From an uncultured Actinomycetes bacterium (GTDB taxonomy: Bacteria > Actinomycetota > Acidimicrobiia > IMCC26256 > PALSA-610): DNA of 64,000 nt. Shown here in pieces: positions 47,431 through 57,998 of this stretch. The notes under the pieces are model-generated. The model was not told the origin of the DNA. It worked only from the letters and a program-made list of their open reading frames with translations, and searched no databases. How positions within the stretch are numbered: the first letter of the stretch is position 1; each line of letters starts with the position of its first letter. The DNA lies in the NCBI GenBank assembly GCA_963761175.1, contig CAVXFZ010000020.1:16231-80230 (forward strand), given 5' to 3'. Made by a program: the position numbers and the translations under genes.

Positions 47431-49449
47431 CTACGTCGTCGCGACGCGCGCCGGCACACCCGTGATGTCGGGGAAGACGTCGAGCCAGTGGCGGGTGCCG
47501 CGCGCGTCGAACCAGCCCCGCGTGTTGCGGTCGGGTGCGTGCTGGCGCCGGCCCGAGAGCGACATCCACGCGGCCGGTACGACGACCTGGCCGGTCGCGC
47601 CACCCGGCAGCCACACCGCGACCGCGGGCCCGGCCGCGTCGAACGTCGTGTCGATCGTGCACTTGATCGACGCCGGCTGTCCGAGCGGGTTGCGTGACAG
47701 CGTGCCGTCGGGCAGCACGTAGCGTCCGGTGCTCACCGGCTCGGGTGCGCCCTCGGCCGTGTCGAGCACGCCGACGAGCGCGTTCCCCACGACGTCCGCG
47801 GTCTGCGAAGAGGTCGCCTCGCTGTCGTCGGAGTGCCCGCACCCGAAGCGGTCGGGTCCGTCGACCGAGCCTGGTTCGCCCGGGAACCCGACGCCGTTGC
47901 CACGCGGGAACAGGTACCCGAGCATGTCTTCGGCGAGCCCGTCGACGAACCGGTACCGCTCGTGCATGTGCGTCGTGACCCAGGCCGGGAGGGAGTACTG
48001 CGGGTTCGGAAGGTCTTGCGGTCCGAGGAAGCTCCCGAGGTAAGTGAACGGGAACACCTCGCCAGGCACCGAGACGAACTCACCGTCGCCGATGCGGAAC
48101 GCGGCGACCTGCGACACGAGCTCGGTTCCCGACGTCGCGCCGTTCACCGCGGGTGGATGCTCGACGGTGCAGTTGTCGGAGTAGCCCGGGCGTTCCGCGA
48201 AGACTCCCAGCGCGGCACCGAACACGAAGAGCTGGTTGGTGAGCTCGACGCACACCGACTGGCGTGCGCCCCAGATGGTGTCCGAGGTCGACCACCGACC
48301 CGTCTGATCGAGCGCGTCGCCGATCGCGCCCGCGAGCACCTTGCCGAGCACTCGCGTCTCCTGGTGATAGCCGACCGGCCGGGCCGTTCCGGTGGCGTCG
48401 AACAGCGTTCGGCACCCTGCGGGATGCGACGCGTCGACGAACTGCTCGGGAACGCGCGAGATCGCGTGGGGGAAGATCTGCGGGGTCTCGTTGCTGCCGA
48501 CCGAACCGGCCATCTCGATCGCGACACCACCGAATCGGGCTTCGAGCTGGGTACGGAAGAAGTGCGGCCAGTCGGCGCTGATCCAATCGCGCTGCGCGGC
48601 ATCAGGATTGAAGCCGAGCGTCTCCGCGTGCTGGCTGACGTCGCCCAGCGTCGCGATCACACGCCCATTCGTCGCGACTGCTTGCAGCGAAGGCATGAGC
48701 TGATCGTCGACAAACGGATACGACGAGAAGCACTGGCGCAGGTTCGCGGGTTCGATCGCCTCCGCGTACTTGATCCGGGCCGGCCGGCGCGCGTCGTATG
48801 CGTGCTCGATTGCCTTCGCCGACTGCGCGACGAGGAAGTCGACGTAGTACGCGTCGACGCCCGACGTCGTCTCGCTCGGCCCGGAGATGCCGAGCGTGTC
48901 GGGTGCCGACTCGTCGTGGGTCGCCGAGATGAAGATGCCGTCGAGGTGGTACCCGTCGGCGAGCACCCTCGCGCGGATCCGTTCCTGATAGATGTTGAAC
49001 AAGCCCTCTTGGTCGAGCACCTCGACCGCGATCGTCTGGTGGTGGTTCGAGACGACGAGGGCGCGCGCCGTGATGCGGTCGGCGACCGTCGTCGCGAACC
49101 GCGGCGTGTCGGCACCGCCGCCGAGGAGGATGCCGTCCCAGCGTCCGTTGCCGTTGCAGTCGACGAACGGATCGCCGAGCTCGTAACGCCCGCTCTGCGC
49201 CGTGTCGGTGTACGGCTCCTCGAACGCGAACGGTCGCGGCCCGGATTCGGTCGCGCAGTCCGCGGGATCGTCGCGCACACTGCCGAACGCCGGCGGGGTG
49301 ATGTTCTGCACCGCGGCGCCGGCTTCGAACCCGGCGCGGTGCTGCGATGTCGCGGTCGTCGACGACACCGCGCTGCCGGCGACCGGCTGCACGACCCCGA
49401 CGAGCACGACCGCCGCGACCGCCGCGACGACAAGTCTCCCGTGACGCAT
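47431..49449 (-). CDS. secreted hydrolase, distantly neutral/alkaline-ceramidase-like (functional call is low confidence)
   Basis: 672-aa ORF with a signal peptide. AAVQNITPP.., ITARALVVSN..AVEVLDQEG and ISATHDESAPD follow the layout of the ceramidase N-terminal domain, without exact motif identity. Confidence 0.55.
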   Translation of the reverse strand: MRHGRLVVAAVAAVVLVGVVQPVAGSAVSSTTATSQHRAGFEAGAAVQNITPPAFGSVRDDPADCATESGPRPFAFEEPYTDTAQSGRYELGDPFVDCNGNGRWDGILLGGGADTPRFATTVADRITARALVVSNHHQTIAVEVLDQEGLFNIYQERIRARVLADGYHLDGIFISATHDESAPDTLGISGPSETTSGVDAYYVDFLVAQSAKAIEHAYDARRPARIKYAEAIEPANLRQCFSSYPFVDDQLMPSLQAVATNGRVIATLGDVSQHAETLGFNPDAAQRDWISADWPHFFRTQLEARFGGVAIEMAGSVGSNETPQIFPHAISRVPEQFVDASHPAGCRTLFDATGTARPVGYHQETRVLGKVLAGAIGDALDQTGRWSTSDTIWGARQSVCVELTNQLFVFGAALGVFAERPGYSDNCTVEHPPAVNGATSGTELVSQVAAFRIGDGEFVSVPGEVFPFTYLGSFLGPQDLPNPQYSLPAWVTTHMHERYRFVDGLAEDMLGYLFPRGNGVGFPGEPGSVDGPDRFGCGHSDDSEATSSQTADVVGNALVGVLDTAEGAPEPVSTGRYVLPDGTLSRNPLGQPASIKCTIDTTFDAAGPAVAVWLPGGATGQVVVPAAWMSLSGRRQHAPDRNTRGWFDARGTRHWLDVFPDITGVPARVATT

Positions 49450-49509
49450 CTCTCCACCCCCCGGTGTAGAACGCGGCCCACGCTAGCGGCGCACGACGCT
49501 CGGCGGCGC

Positions 49510-49537
49510 GGTTCGCGGATCGGGGTTCGCGGATCGG
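49510..49537. repeat. perfect tandem 14-nt direct repeat (ggttcgcggatcgg x2) in the divergent intergenic region
   Basis: Copies at 49510-49523 and 49524-49537, between the hydrolase start (49449, minus) and the LuxR regulator start (49592, plus). Confidence 0.85.
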
Positions 49538-49591
49538 CCACGAGCGGTTACCAGCGCATCGCTAGCATGCCCGCGGTCGGAGGACCATGAC

Positions 49592-52307
49592 GTGCCAACC
49601 GAGCTCGTAGGACGCGATGCCGAACGCGCGACCCTGCGGGCGCTCGCGGCTCCGGGCGTGCTCCTGCTCGTCGGCGACGCCGGGATCGGCAAGACCGCGG
49701 TGTGGGAGTGGGCCGTCGACGACGCTCGCGCAAACGGCGACACGGTGCTCATCACGCGAGCATCCGCGGCAGAAGCGCGCCTGCCGTGGGTCGGACTCTC
49801 CGACCTCCTTCGAGGGGTGCCGCCGTCGGTGCTCGATCGCCTGCCCGCGCCTCAGCGCCGCGCCGTGCAGCGCGTGATCCTGGAGGCCGACGGCACCGAC
49901 GAACCCGAAGACGAGCGCGCCGTCGCCACTGCGTTCCACGCGTGCGTCGCCGTCCTCGGCGAAACGACACCGGTGCTCGTCGCGGTCGACGATCTCCCGT
50001 ATCTCGACGCGGCCAGCACCCGCGCGCTCGCCTTCGCGGCACGGCGGTGGCAGGCAACCGATCGGATCCGACTCGTCGCGACGGCGCGCGGGCGCGACGT
50101 GCCGCCCGCCGTCGCCGACCTTCCCCGCGATCGTGTCGAAGTGCACCGCATCGGGCGGATGTCGGTCGGCGGCCTGTTCGAGCTGCTCGCCGCCCGGCTC
50201 GACCTGCGCCTCACCCGCCCCGTGCTCCTGCGCGTGCACGAGACGGGGGGCGGCAACCCGCTATATGCGCTCGAGCTCGCCCGCGCCCTCGCGCGGCTCG
50301 AGATCACCCCGCGTCCGGGCGTCCCGCTCCCGGTCCCGGTCGGTCTGGAAGCCCTCGTCCGCGCGCACATCGATGACCTCCCCGACGACGCGCGCGATGT
50401 CGTCGCAGGGACCGCGGCCTCGTGGCACTTCACGACCGACGGCCTGGACCCGGTCGCACTCGCGCAGGCCGTCGACGCGCAGTTGGTGCTCGTCGACGAC
50501 GCGGTCGTCCGCGCCGCGCACCCGTTGCTCAGCGCGGCGGCCTACAACGGGTTGACCCCCGCCCGGCGCCGCGCGTTGCACGAGCGGCTCGCGCGGCGGG
50601 CCACGGATCCCGTCGAACGGTCCCGTCACCTCGCGCTCGCAGCGCCCGAACCGCGCGCCGACATTGGCAACGCGCTCGATGCGGGTACGACCGCGGCGTT
50701 GCTCGCCGGCGTCCCCGACGTCGCAGTCGAGCTGGCGCAGCTCGCGCTCGCGCACACGCTCGACGACGCGCACCGCCCGCGACGCCTCGACCGGCTCGCC
50801 GACGCGATGATCCGCGCCGGCGACAGCGCGGGTGCGGTCGCGACCCAGACCGAAGCGGTCGAGCTGACTCCGGCGGGCCCCGAGCGGGCCCGCCGCCGCA
50901 TCCGACTCGCCGAAATCGCAACGGAGGTCACGGGGTGGGCAGCGGCCGAGGCCGATCTCGACGCGGCGGTGCTCGAAGCCGAGGCCGACCCGGTCGTCAC
51001 CGCGGAGGTCCTGCTCACGCTCGCGGCCGTCACCGACGACATCGCGAAGGCCGACGAGTGCGCGAGCCGCGCCGTTGCGTTGCTCGAAGCCCTCGACGCG
51101 CCCGATCCCGAGATCCTCTCGGGCGCGCTCTGCCAGGCCGCCGGCGCGAAGTTTCGATCCGGGCGCGGTCTCGATCACGAGCTGTTCGCGGCGCGCCATC
51201 GAGATCGAGCGCCGCCACCCGGCGCGCCGTCTCTCCGACCGCGCCGACGCGAGCTATGCGGCGCTCCTCAAGTACGCCGACGACTTCGCCGGCGCGCAGG
51301 CGCACCTTGCTCCCTTGCTCGACGAGGCGCGCTCCGTCGGCGATCTCACCTCGATCGCATACGTGCTCGCCCACCTCGTGCACGTCGACCTCTGGCAAGG
51401 CCGGCTCGCCGACGCGGAACGCACCGCGCGCGAGCACCTCGCGATCTCGGAACAAGGAGGCCTGGCGAGCCAGGGTTCGCAGGCCCGCTTCAACCTCGCG
51501 CACGTACTCGCCCACCGGGGCCGCCTCGACGAGGCGGAGGCGCTGCTCGTCGACCTACGCGACGACCCGTCCACCGGCATGTGGGACCGGCATCGCGCTC
51601 ACGGTGCCCTCGGATTCGTCGCGCTCTCGCGGCGCGATCCGGTCGCGGCGGCGGGACATCTCGACGTGTGGTGGGCGATGCTGCACTCGATGCACTTCGG
51701 CGAACCGGGGTACAGCCGCTCGCACCTCGATCGCATCTGCGCACTGGTCGCGACGGGCCGCACCGAGGAGGCCGACCAGTTCGTCGCCGAACTGCGCGTG
51801 CAGACCGTACGCTCGGGCCGCGCTTCGGCGGCCGCCGTCGCGCGTACCGGTGCGGCACTGGTCGCCGCGAACCGCGACGACCTCGCGACGGCGCAGCAGA
51901 TGCTCGCCGAAGCGGTCGAGTGGTACGACACGTCACCGCTGCGCTTCGACCGCGCGCGCACGCTGCTCCTCCTGGGCCAGGTACACCGGCGGGCAAAGGC
52001 AAAGGCACGCGCTCGCGACGCGTTGCTCGAGGCGCAGCGCGAGTTCGAGGCCTTCGGCGCACCGGCATGGAGCGCGCAGGCGGCCGACGAGCTCGCTCGC
52101 GTCAACGTGCGACCGGGAGCGTCCGCGGAACTGACCGAGACCGAGCGCCAGGTCGCCCTCCTCGCCGCCGCGGGCCTGACGAACAAGGAAGTCGCGGCGC
52201 GCAGCTTCCTCGCGGTCAAGACCGTCGAGGCGAACCTCGCACGCGCCTACCGCAAGCTCGGGATCCGGTCGTGTGCCGAGCTCGGCGCGCGAATGGGCGA
52301 CCGCTAG
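49592..52307 (+). CDS. LuxR-family large ATP-binding (LAL/MalT-like) regulator. The frame is broken near 51188-51196.
   Basis: GTG 49592 follows GGAGG. P-loop LLLVGDAGIGKTAV, a long helical/TPR-like middle, and a C-terminal LuxR HTH (LTETERQVALLAAAGLTNKEVAARSFLAVKTVEANLARAYRKLGI) in the frame of ORF 51075..52307. The junction is ELFAAR | AIEIERRHP. Confidence 0.85.
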
Positions 52308-52540
52308 AGGAACTCGGCAGCGACCACCCGGTCGCAGCGCAGCCCGGCCGCTTCGACTGCCTCGCGCACACGCGCACTGTCCGGCGCGTGGAACGCGAAG
52401 AACGCAACTTCGTCCGCGGGCACCAGCGCGGCGCCGACGTAGCTGACCTCTCCGCCGAGCGCGCCGAGCTGGTCGCCGAGCCGGCGGACGTCGGCCGCGG
52501 TCACTCCGGGCCAATAGCGCTCGACCAGAAAGTCGGCCAT
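52304..52540 (-). CDS. small DUF4242-like protein
   Basis: 78 aa from ATG 52540 (MADFLVERYWPG..VAFFAFHAPDSARVREAVEAAGL). Its stop overlaps the LuxR stop within the palindrome CTAG. Confidence 0.5.
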   Translation of the reverse strand: MADFLVERYWPGVTAADVRRLGDQLGALGGEVSYVGAALVPADEVAFFAFHAPDSARVREAVEAAGLRCDRVVAAEFL

Positions 52541-52675
52541 CGGTCGACGGTACGGCGACGCGCCCTCGCCGAACAGACCCGCCGCCCTGATCGAGGGTTT
52601 CCCCCGATTCGTCGAGGGGTGCGCGTTTCGTACCGTCGACGCGCCACCCACACCGCGCGAGAGGACGCCGTGGTC

Positions 52676-53233
52676 ATGACCATCCCCGCCGCCCGCCGAA
52701 CCCTGCCGTTCCTCGTCGCGATCGTCATCGCCGGCGCGGGGCTCACCGGGTGCACGAGTAAGTCGTCGAGTGCGGGATCGCCCACGAGCGCGCCGCCGGG
52801 AACCACGAGCAGCGCCGGCGCCTCCAGCCCGACGACCGCGGCGGCCGCCCACGCGGCCGTCGATGTGTGCGCGATCCTGCCGGCCGCGACCGTCGCGCAG
52901 GTCACCGGCCTCGCAGTGACGTCGGGCGAGGCCGACGACACACCCTCCTACGGGCTGTTCGCGTGCAATTACACGGGCGGGCTGAACCAGGTGCGGATCG
53001 ACGTCGAGAAGCAGAACCCGAAGATCGGTTACGAGGCCGATCTCCAGGCCCTCCAGGACGCCGGCCAGCACCCGACGATGGTCTCCGGCATCGGCAAGGG
53101 CGCGTACACGGGCGGGGTCACCGCGGCCCTCGCGGTGCTCTACGACGACGCCTTCATCAAGGTCGACGGCTACAGCCAGGTGACGGTCGACCAGGCCGAG
53201 CAACTCATCGAGAAGCTGCACTCGCAGATCTAA
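52676..53233 (+). CDS. DUF3558-like lipoprotein
   Basis: ATG 52676, lipobox LTGC, Ser/Thr/Pro linker, conserved Cys pair (VDVCAIL.., LFACNY). Confidence 0.7.
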   Translation: MTIPAARRTLPFLVAIVIAGAGLTGCTSKSSSAGSPTSAPPGTTSSAGASSPTTAAAAHAAVDVCAILPAATVAQVTGLAVTSGEADDTPSYGLFACNYTGGLNQVRIDVEKQNPKIGYEADLQALQDAGQHPTMVSGIGKGAYTGGVTAALAVLYDDAFIKVDGYSQVTVDQAEQLIEKLHSQI

Positions 53234-53290
53234 CACGCGGACCACGCCGCGTCCCGACCGACCGACCGACCGAAGAGAGGACACTTCGCC

Positions 53291-53854
53291 ATGAGCCGAT
53301 CGCTGCTCCGCCACGCCACGCCCGCGCTCCTTGCCGTGGTGATCGGCGCGTTCGCGCTCGGCGGATGCAAGAGCAAGTCGCCGACATCGTCGCCGACCAC
53401 GAGCCGGGCCGGAGCCCAGACGACGGTCGGGGCAGCATCGAACACCGGCTCGACCGGCTCTTCGGGCTCGCCGGGGCCGGTCGATGTGTGCTCGCTGATC
53501 AGCGTTGCGCAGTTGGAGACCATCATCGGGCACACGTACACGACGCCGACGCCGGCCAAGAACATGTGCAGCTGGTCGTCGACGGACGCGTCGTTCGGGC
53601 TCTTCATCATCATCACGCCGAACGCCGACGACGCCGCGTGGCAGGACGCGCTGCGGACGCTCGAGATCGACGGCGGATCGACCCCGGTCACGGTCGGTGG
53701 GGTCGGTGATCGCGCGGCCGGCTCCGGAATCCAGTTCGACGCACAGGCGGGGAGCTGGATCGTCGACGTCCACGGAGGAGATCCCGACTCCGGAACCGGC
53801 GTCTTCACGAAGTCGGCCGCCGTCGCGCAGGCGGTGATCGCCGCGCTGCACTAG
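53291..53854 (+). CDS. DUF3558-like lipoprotein, paralog
   Basis: Lipobox ALGGC, linker, VDVCSLIS.. and NMCSW Cys pair. Collinear with the preceding gene product. Confidence 0.75.
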   Translation: MSRSLLRHATPALLAVVIGAFALGGCKSKSPTSSPTTSRAGAQTTVGAASNTGSTGSSGSPGPVDVCSLISVAQLETIIGHTYTTPTPAKNMCSWSSTDASFGLFIIITPNADDAAWQDALRTLEIDGGSTPVTVGGVGDRAAGSGIQFDAQAGSWIVDVHGGDPDSGTGVFTKSAAVAQAVIAALH

Positions 53855-53921
53855 CGGGGATCGCCGGGGCCGTCAGCTCCGGGTCACCGGTGGGCGTGAC
53901 ACGGTCGTAGGCTCGTTGTCC

Positions 53922-54705
53922 ATGGACGGACCGGTGACGCTCGCGATCGACATCGGTGGCACGGGGCTCAAGGCCTCGGCGCTGGATCCGCAGGGCACGA
54001 TGTTGCACGACCGGGTCCGCGTCCCCACGAGCTACCCGCTCGAACCCGACGGTCTCGTCGAGCGCGCTGCGCGAGCTGGTCATGCCACTGCCGGCCTTCG
54101 ACCGCATCTCCGCGGGCTTCCCCGGAGTGGTGCGCAACGGCGTGACCCTCACGGCGCCTCACTTCGTGACCGTCGCCGGTCCGGGCTCGCGCGTCGACCC
54201 GAAGCTCGTGAACGCGTGGACGGGCTTCGATCTCGCGGGCGCGTTCCAGACGACCTGGCAGCGGCCCGCCCGCATCATCAACGACGCCGACCTGCAGGGA
54301 CTCGAGGCCGTGAGCGGTCACGGCGTCGAGGTCGTCGTCACGCTCGGCACGGGCGTCGGCACCGCGGTGTTCCAGGAAGGCCATCTCGGCCCGCACCTCG
54401 AGCTCGCGCACCATCCCTTCCGCAAGGGCGAGACCTACGACGAGCAACTCGGCGAGGCGACGCGCAAAGACATCGGCAACAAGCGGTGGAACCAGCGCGT
54501 CGAGAAGGCGATCGAGACGCTGCGCGTGCTCACCCTGTTCGACCACCTCTACGTCGGTGGCGGCAACTCGAAGCACATCGACTTCGTCGTCGAACCCGAC
54601 GTCACGATCGTGGGCAACACCGGCGGCATCCTCGGCGGCCTGAGGCTGTGGAGCATCGACGAGATGCCCATCGGACTGGTCAAGACTGCACCTCCGGCAT
54701 CCTGA
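53922..54705 (+). CDS. ppgK: polyphosphate glucokinase (ROK family). The frame is broken near 54060-54066.
   Basis: LAIDIGGTGLKAS at the N-terminus (frame of ORF 53916..). The next frame then gives ALRELVMPLPAFDRISAGFPGVVRNGV..INDADLQG..TLGTGVGTAVF..ELAHHPF..LYVGGGNSK. Confidence 0.8.
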
Positions 54706-54723
54706 CCGGCACTCGACCGTGGT

Positions 54724-56199
54724 TCAGTTGAGCGCGACGCCCGCCACGTCGGGTGCCGAGACGTCGAACATCGTCGCCGCCTGGCGCGTGACCTCGTCGA
54801 GCGCACCGACCGCGAACACGTAGCGATCGGGCCGAATCACCACCGCCTCGGCCCCCGCGAGAAGCGCATCGAGCTCGGGATGCGCGTGCGCGTCGAGCAC
54901 CGCAGCGCGCACCTCCCACCACGCGCGCGATGGATCGTCGGCCGCGAGTTCGGTACGGGTCACGAGCGCGAAGCGCGGTCCGACGACGTCGTCCATGTGC
55001 CAGCCGCCGAGCCACGGTTGCACGGCGATCGCTCCGCCGCCCGCTCCGATCGCGCGATCCCGACCCAGTCGCGGCGCGGCGCGCGGCGCGTCGTCGGCCG
55101 CGACCGCCCGGCCGAGGAGCTGCGCGTCACGAGCCGCCGCGACGGACGGGTCGGTCGTGCAGATGATGCGCCCGAACGACACCGCCAGCGCGACGATGGC
55201 GCGCACGTGCGGCTCGCGTTCGCGCTGGTACGTGTCGAGCAGCGCATCGGGCACCTGGTCCTTCAAGACGACCGCGAGCTTCCACGCGAGGTTCGCGGCG
55301 TCGCGCATCCCCGAGCACATGCCCTGTCCGAGGAACGGCGGCATCTGGTGGGCCGCGTCGCCGGCGATGAAGACGCGGCCGTTACGCCACTGTTCCGCGA
55401 TCAGCCCGTGGAAGGTGTAGACGGCCGCGCGCTCCACCTCGACGAGCGCCGGATCGATCCACGCGGCGAGCAACTCCGCGACCCGGTCGGGGCGTTGGAT
55501 CGCCTCGGGATCCTCGCCGGGCAGGAGCATGAACTCGAAGCGGAAGCGCGGCCACGGCATCGGCACGAGGGTGTGGGGCCGCGCGGGATCGCACACCTGC
55601 AACGCGCGATCCGGAAGCGCGGCGATCGGTTCGCGCAGGAGGAGGTCGACGACGAGCCACGGCTCCTCGAACGCGAGATCGTCGACGGAGGCGCCCATCG
55701 TGCGGCGGACGAGCGAGCGCGCGCCGTCGCAACCGACCGCGTAGGCGGCATCGATGCGGCGCCCGTCATCGAGTGTCGCGACGACGCGATCGTGACGCTG
55801 CTCGAGCGACGCGACGCCGTTGCCGAGCACGACCTCCGCGCCGGTCGCGCGCACCGCGCGGCGCAACGCGTGCTCGAAGCCGGGCTGGTGGAACAGGATC
55901 GACGCGGGCCAGCCGCTCGGCGTCGTCGCCGCGGACCGGAAGCTCAGCATCACCTCGCGCGACGCGCTGAGGAAATCCATCCCCGGGTTCTCCACCATCG
56001 CGGCGACGACCTCCTCGGCGCACCCCAGCTCCTGAAGGATGCGCAGGATCTCGTCGTCGCAGTGCGCGGCACGCGGGAGCGGGTACAGCTCGAGGCTGCG
56101 GTCGACCACGACGACCGCCAGACCGTGACGCGCGGCGAGCCCGGTGAGCGTCGCGCCGACCGGCCCGAAGCCGACGACGAGGAGATCGGCCGCGCTCAT
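54724..56199 (-). CDS. FAD-dependent aromatic-ring hydroxylase (MhpA-like)
   Basis: VVGFGPVGATLTGL, PLPRAAHCDDEILRILQELG, GCDGARSLVR, FIAGDAAHQMPPFLGQGMCSGMRDAANLAWKL. The ATG overlaps the upstream stop (ATGA). Confidence 0.85.
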   Translation of the reverse strand: MSAADLLVVGFGPVGATLTGLAARHGLAVVVVDRSLELYPLPRAAHCDDEILRILQELGCAEEVVAAMVENPGMDFLSASREVMLSFRSAATTPSGWPASILFHQPGFEHALRRAVRATGAEVVLGNGVASLEQRHDRVVATLDDGRRIDAAYAVGCDGARSLVRRTMGASVDDLAFEEPWLVVDLLLREPIAALPDRALQVCDPARPHTLVPMPWPRFRFEFMLLPGEDPEAIQRPDRVAELLAAWIDPALVEVERAAVYTFHGLIAEQWRNGRVFIAGDAAHQMPPFLGQGMCSGMRDAANLAWKLAVVLKDQVPDALLDTYQREREPHVRAIVALAVSFGRIICTTDPSVAAARDAQLLGRAVAADDAPRAAPRLGRDRAIGAGGGAIAVQPWLGGWHMDDVVGPRFALVTRTELAADDPSRAWWEVRAAVLDAHAHPELDALLAGAEAVVIRPDRYVFAVGALDEVTRQAATMFDVSAPDVAGVALN

Positions 56200-57131
56200 C
56201 AGCCGATCCGCGCCCACGCGTCTTCGAGTGCCGCGAGGTCGTCGGGGACGACGAACTCCGTCGGCAGGTTCGGGCCCCACGCGTTCGCGACCTGCTCGAT
56301 GCCCAGGGGTGTGCGCCCGCACCCTTCCCACTCCTCGTCGTCGTCGATGTGGTCGAGATCGGAGTAGAGCTCGAGGAACGAGCCGCTCGGATCGCGGAGG
56401 TACCAGTAGAAGTTCGAGCCCGCGAAGTGCCGCCCGATCCCCCATGCGTGCCGGCTCGGATCGGTGCGGTAGAGCGCGGTCGCGGTGTGGCCCACATGGT
56501 CGAGGTCGTCGCACTCCCACGCGTAGTGCTGGAGGATCGGAACCGGCGAGTGCACGAGGCCGATGTTGTGGTGATCGGTCGAGCAGCGCAGGAAGTGGAC
56601 GATCCCGTCGAACTCGTCACTCACCTTCAGGCCCAGGCCCACGACGAGCAGATCGCGCGTCGCGCGCAGGTCCGGCGTGCCGATCACGAGGTGGCCGAGC
56701 CGGCGCGGCGGGCGGGGCGCGCCGAAGACTGCGGGCGCGCGCTCGTTGACGCGCGCGACCCGGCCCGGCGCGTTCGGCGTCACGAGCCGGGGCGGTGCCG
56801 TCGCCATCGGCTCGCGCTCCGCGACCCTGACCGTGAACTCGACGCGCGATGCACCGTCGACCACCGCAATGGTCTCGGGCGTCCGCCGGTGCGGAGCGCC
56901 GTGCGCGTCGAGGCGCTGCGCGACCGCGTCGACGTCACGTTCGGAGTCGCAGCCGATCGCGACGGAGATCAGGCGCCGGAAGGGCGCCTCGTCGATCGCG
57001 ACCGTCGCGCCGCCGTCGGATCCGGTGTATCCCGCCGCGGTCGGGTCGAGGCCGAGCTCGGCGTAGAAGCGCGCGAGCGCATCGGCGTCGGCGACGGCCA
57101 CGCGCAACCCGAGCAGTCGGTGCAGGCTCAC
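56199..57131 (-). CDS. type I extradiol ring-cleavage dioxygenase (VOC superfamily)
   Basis: Two VOC modules. LGHLVIGTPDL, HFLRCSTDHHNIGLV and YWYLRDPSGSFLELY fit the extradiol metal-site pattern. GTG 57131 overlaps the FAH stop (GTGA). Confidence 0.8.
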   Translation of the reverse strand: MSLHRLLGLRVAVADADALARFYAELGLDPTAAGYTGSDGGATVAIDEAPFRRLISVAIGCDSERDVDAVAQRLDAHGAPHRRTPETIAVVDGASRVEFTVRVAEREPMATAPPRLVTPNAPGRVARVNERAPAVFGAPRPPRRLGHLVIGTPDLRATRDLLVVGLGLKVSDEFDGIVHFLRCSTDHHNIGLVHSPVPILQHYAWECDDLDHVGHTATALYRTDPSRHAWGIGRHFAGSNFYWYLRDPSGSFLELYSDLDHIDDDEEWEGCGRTPLGIEQVANAWGPNLPTEFVVPDDLAALEDAWARIG

Positions 57132-57985
57132 GGTGCGAACCGTCCCTCGCCGGCGACACACACGTTGCGCAACTCGCCGATGCCCTCGGCCCCCGAGACC
57201 ACCACGTCGCCGGCCGCGAGGTAGCGACCGCGCGCCATCCCGACCCCCGACGGCGTTCCCGTGAAGATCAGATCGCCCGGATACAGCGAGCAGATCGACG
57301 AGAGGTACGCGACGAGCACCGGGATCGAGAAGATCAGGTTGCTCGTACGCGCCTTCTGCATCCGCTCCCCGGCGACGTCGCACCAGAGCTCGATGTCGTC
57401 AGGGTTCGCGAGCGCGTCGACCGAGACGAGTGCCGGGCCGATCGGTCCGAAGTTGGCGAAGCTCTTGCCCAGGCAGAACTGGGGCGGTGTGCCGGTGAGC
57501 TGTAGGCCGCGGTCGGAGACGTCCTGACCGAGCGTGAGCCCCGCGACGACGGACCACGCCTCCGCGGCGCCGACACGGGAGCACCGGTCGCCGATCACCG
57601 CGACGATCTCGACCTCCCAGTCGACCTGGGTGCTCGACAGCGGGATGGCGGCGGTGGGGCCCGCGATGCACGACGGGAACTTGGTGAAGGTGAGCGGCTC
57701 GGGTGGCAGCGGGATGCCCGACTCCCCCGCGTGGTCGCGGTAGTTGAGGCCGATGCCGAAGACCTGACGAGGCTGCGGGATCGGCGCGTCGAGCGTGGTG
57801 CCGTCGACGCGCCCGCCCGCGGTCGCGCGGTCGAGGTCCGCGGCGAACGCGTGCAACTCACGATGGCACGCGACCGCGACGAGTGGATCGGCAAGCGCGG
57901 GATCGCCCGACAGCGAGGCGACGTCGTACCACACGCCGTCGCGCTCGAGCGCGGCGCGAGAAGCGACGGTGACGAGTCGGAACAT
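57128..57985 (-). CDS. fumarylacetoacetate hydrolase (FAH) family protein
   Basis: VFGIGLNYRDHAGE, DWEVEIVAVIG, KSFANFGPIGP, GDLIFTGTPSGVG. Confidence 0.9.
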   Translation of the reverse strand: MFRLVTVASRAALERDGVWYDVASLSGDPALADPLVAVACHRELHAFAADLDRATAGGRVDGTTLDAPIPQPRQVFGIGLNYRDHAGESGIPLPPEPLTFTKFPSCIAGPTAAIPLSSTQVDWEVEIVAVIGDRCSRVGAAEAWSVVAGLTLGQDVSDRGLQLTGTPPQFCLGKSFANFGPIGPALVSVDALANPDDIELWCDVAGERMQKARTSNLIFSIPVLVAYLSSICSLYPGDLIFTGTPSGVGMARGRYLAAGDVVVSGAEGIGELRNVCVAGEGRFAP

Positions 57986-57998
57986 GGGTCCTACCTTC

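Noticed and set aside
52304-52307. Convergent genes whose stop codons overlap in the palindrome CTAG.
   Set aside because: It is real in the sequence but trivial. It has no functional implication beyond tight packing.
49592-53233. A 1213-aa ORF that suggests a very large LuxR-type protein.
   Set aside because: Only the first roughly 530 codons are regulator sequence. After the frame break near 51190 the frame becomes Arg/Pro junk, and it later happens to be in phase with the separate lipoprotein gene (52676-53233). The true regulator C-terminus, including the HTH, is in ORF 51075..52307.
53905-53924. A TAGGCT -10-like hexamer 9 nt upstream of the ppgK ATG, suggesting a leaderless transcript.
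   Set aside because: This is plausible for actinobacteria, but a single hexamer match in G+C-rich DNA is not adequate support without transcription-start data.
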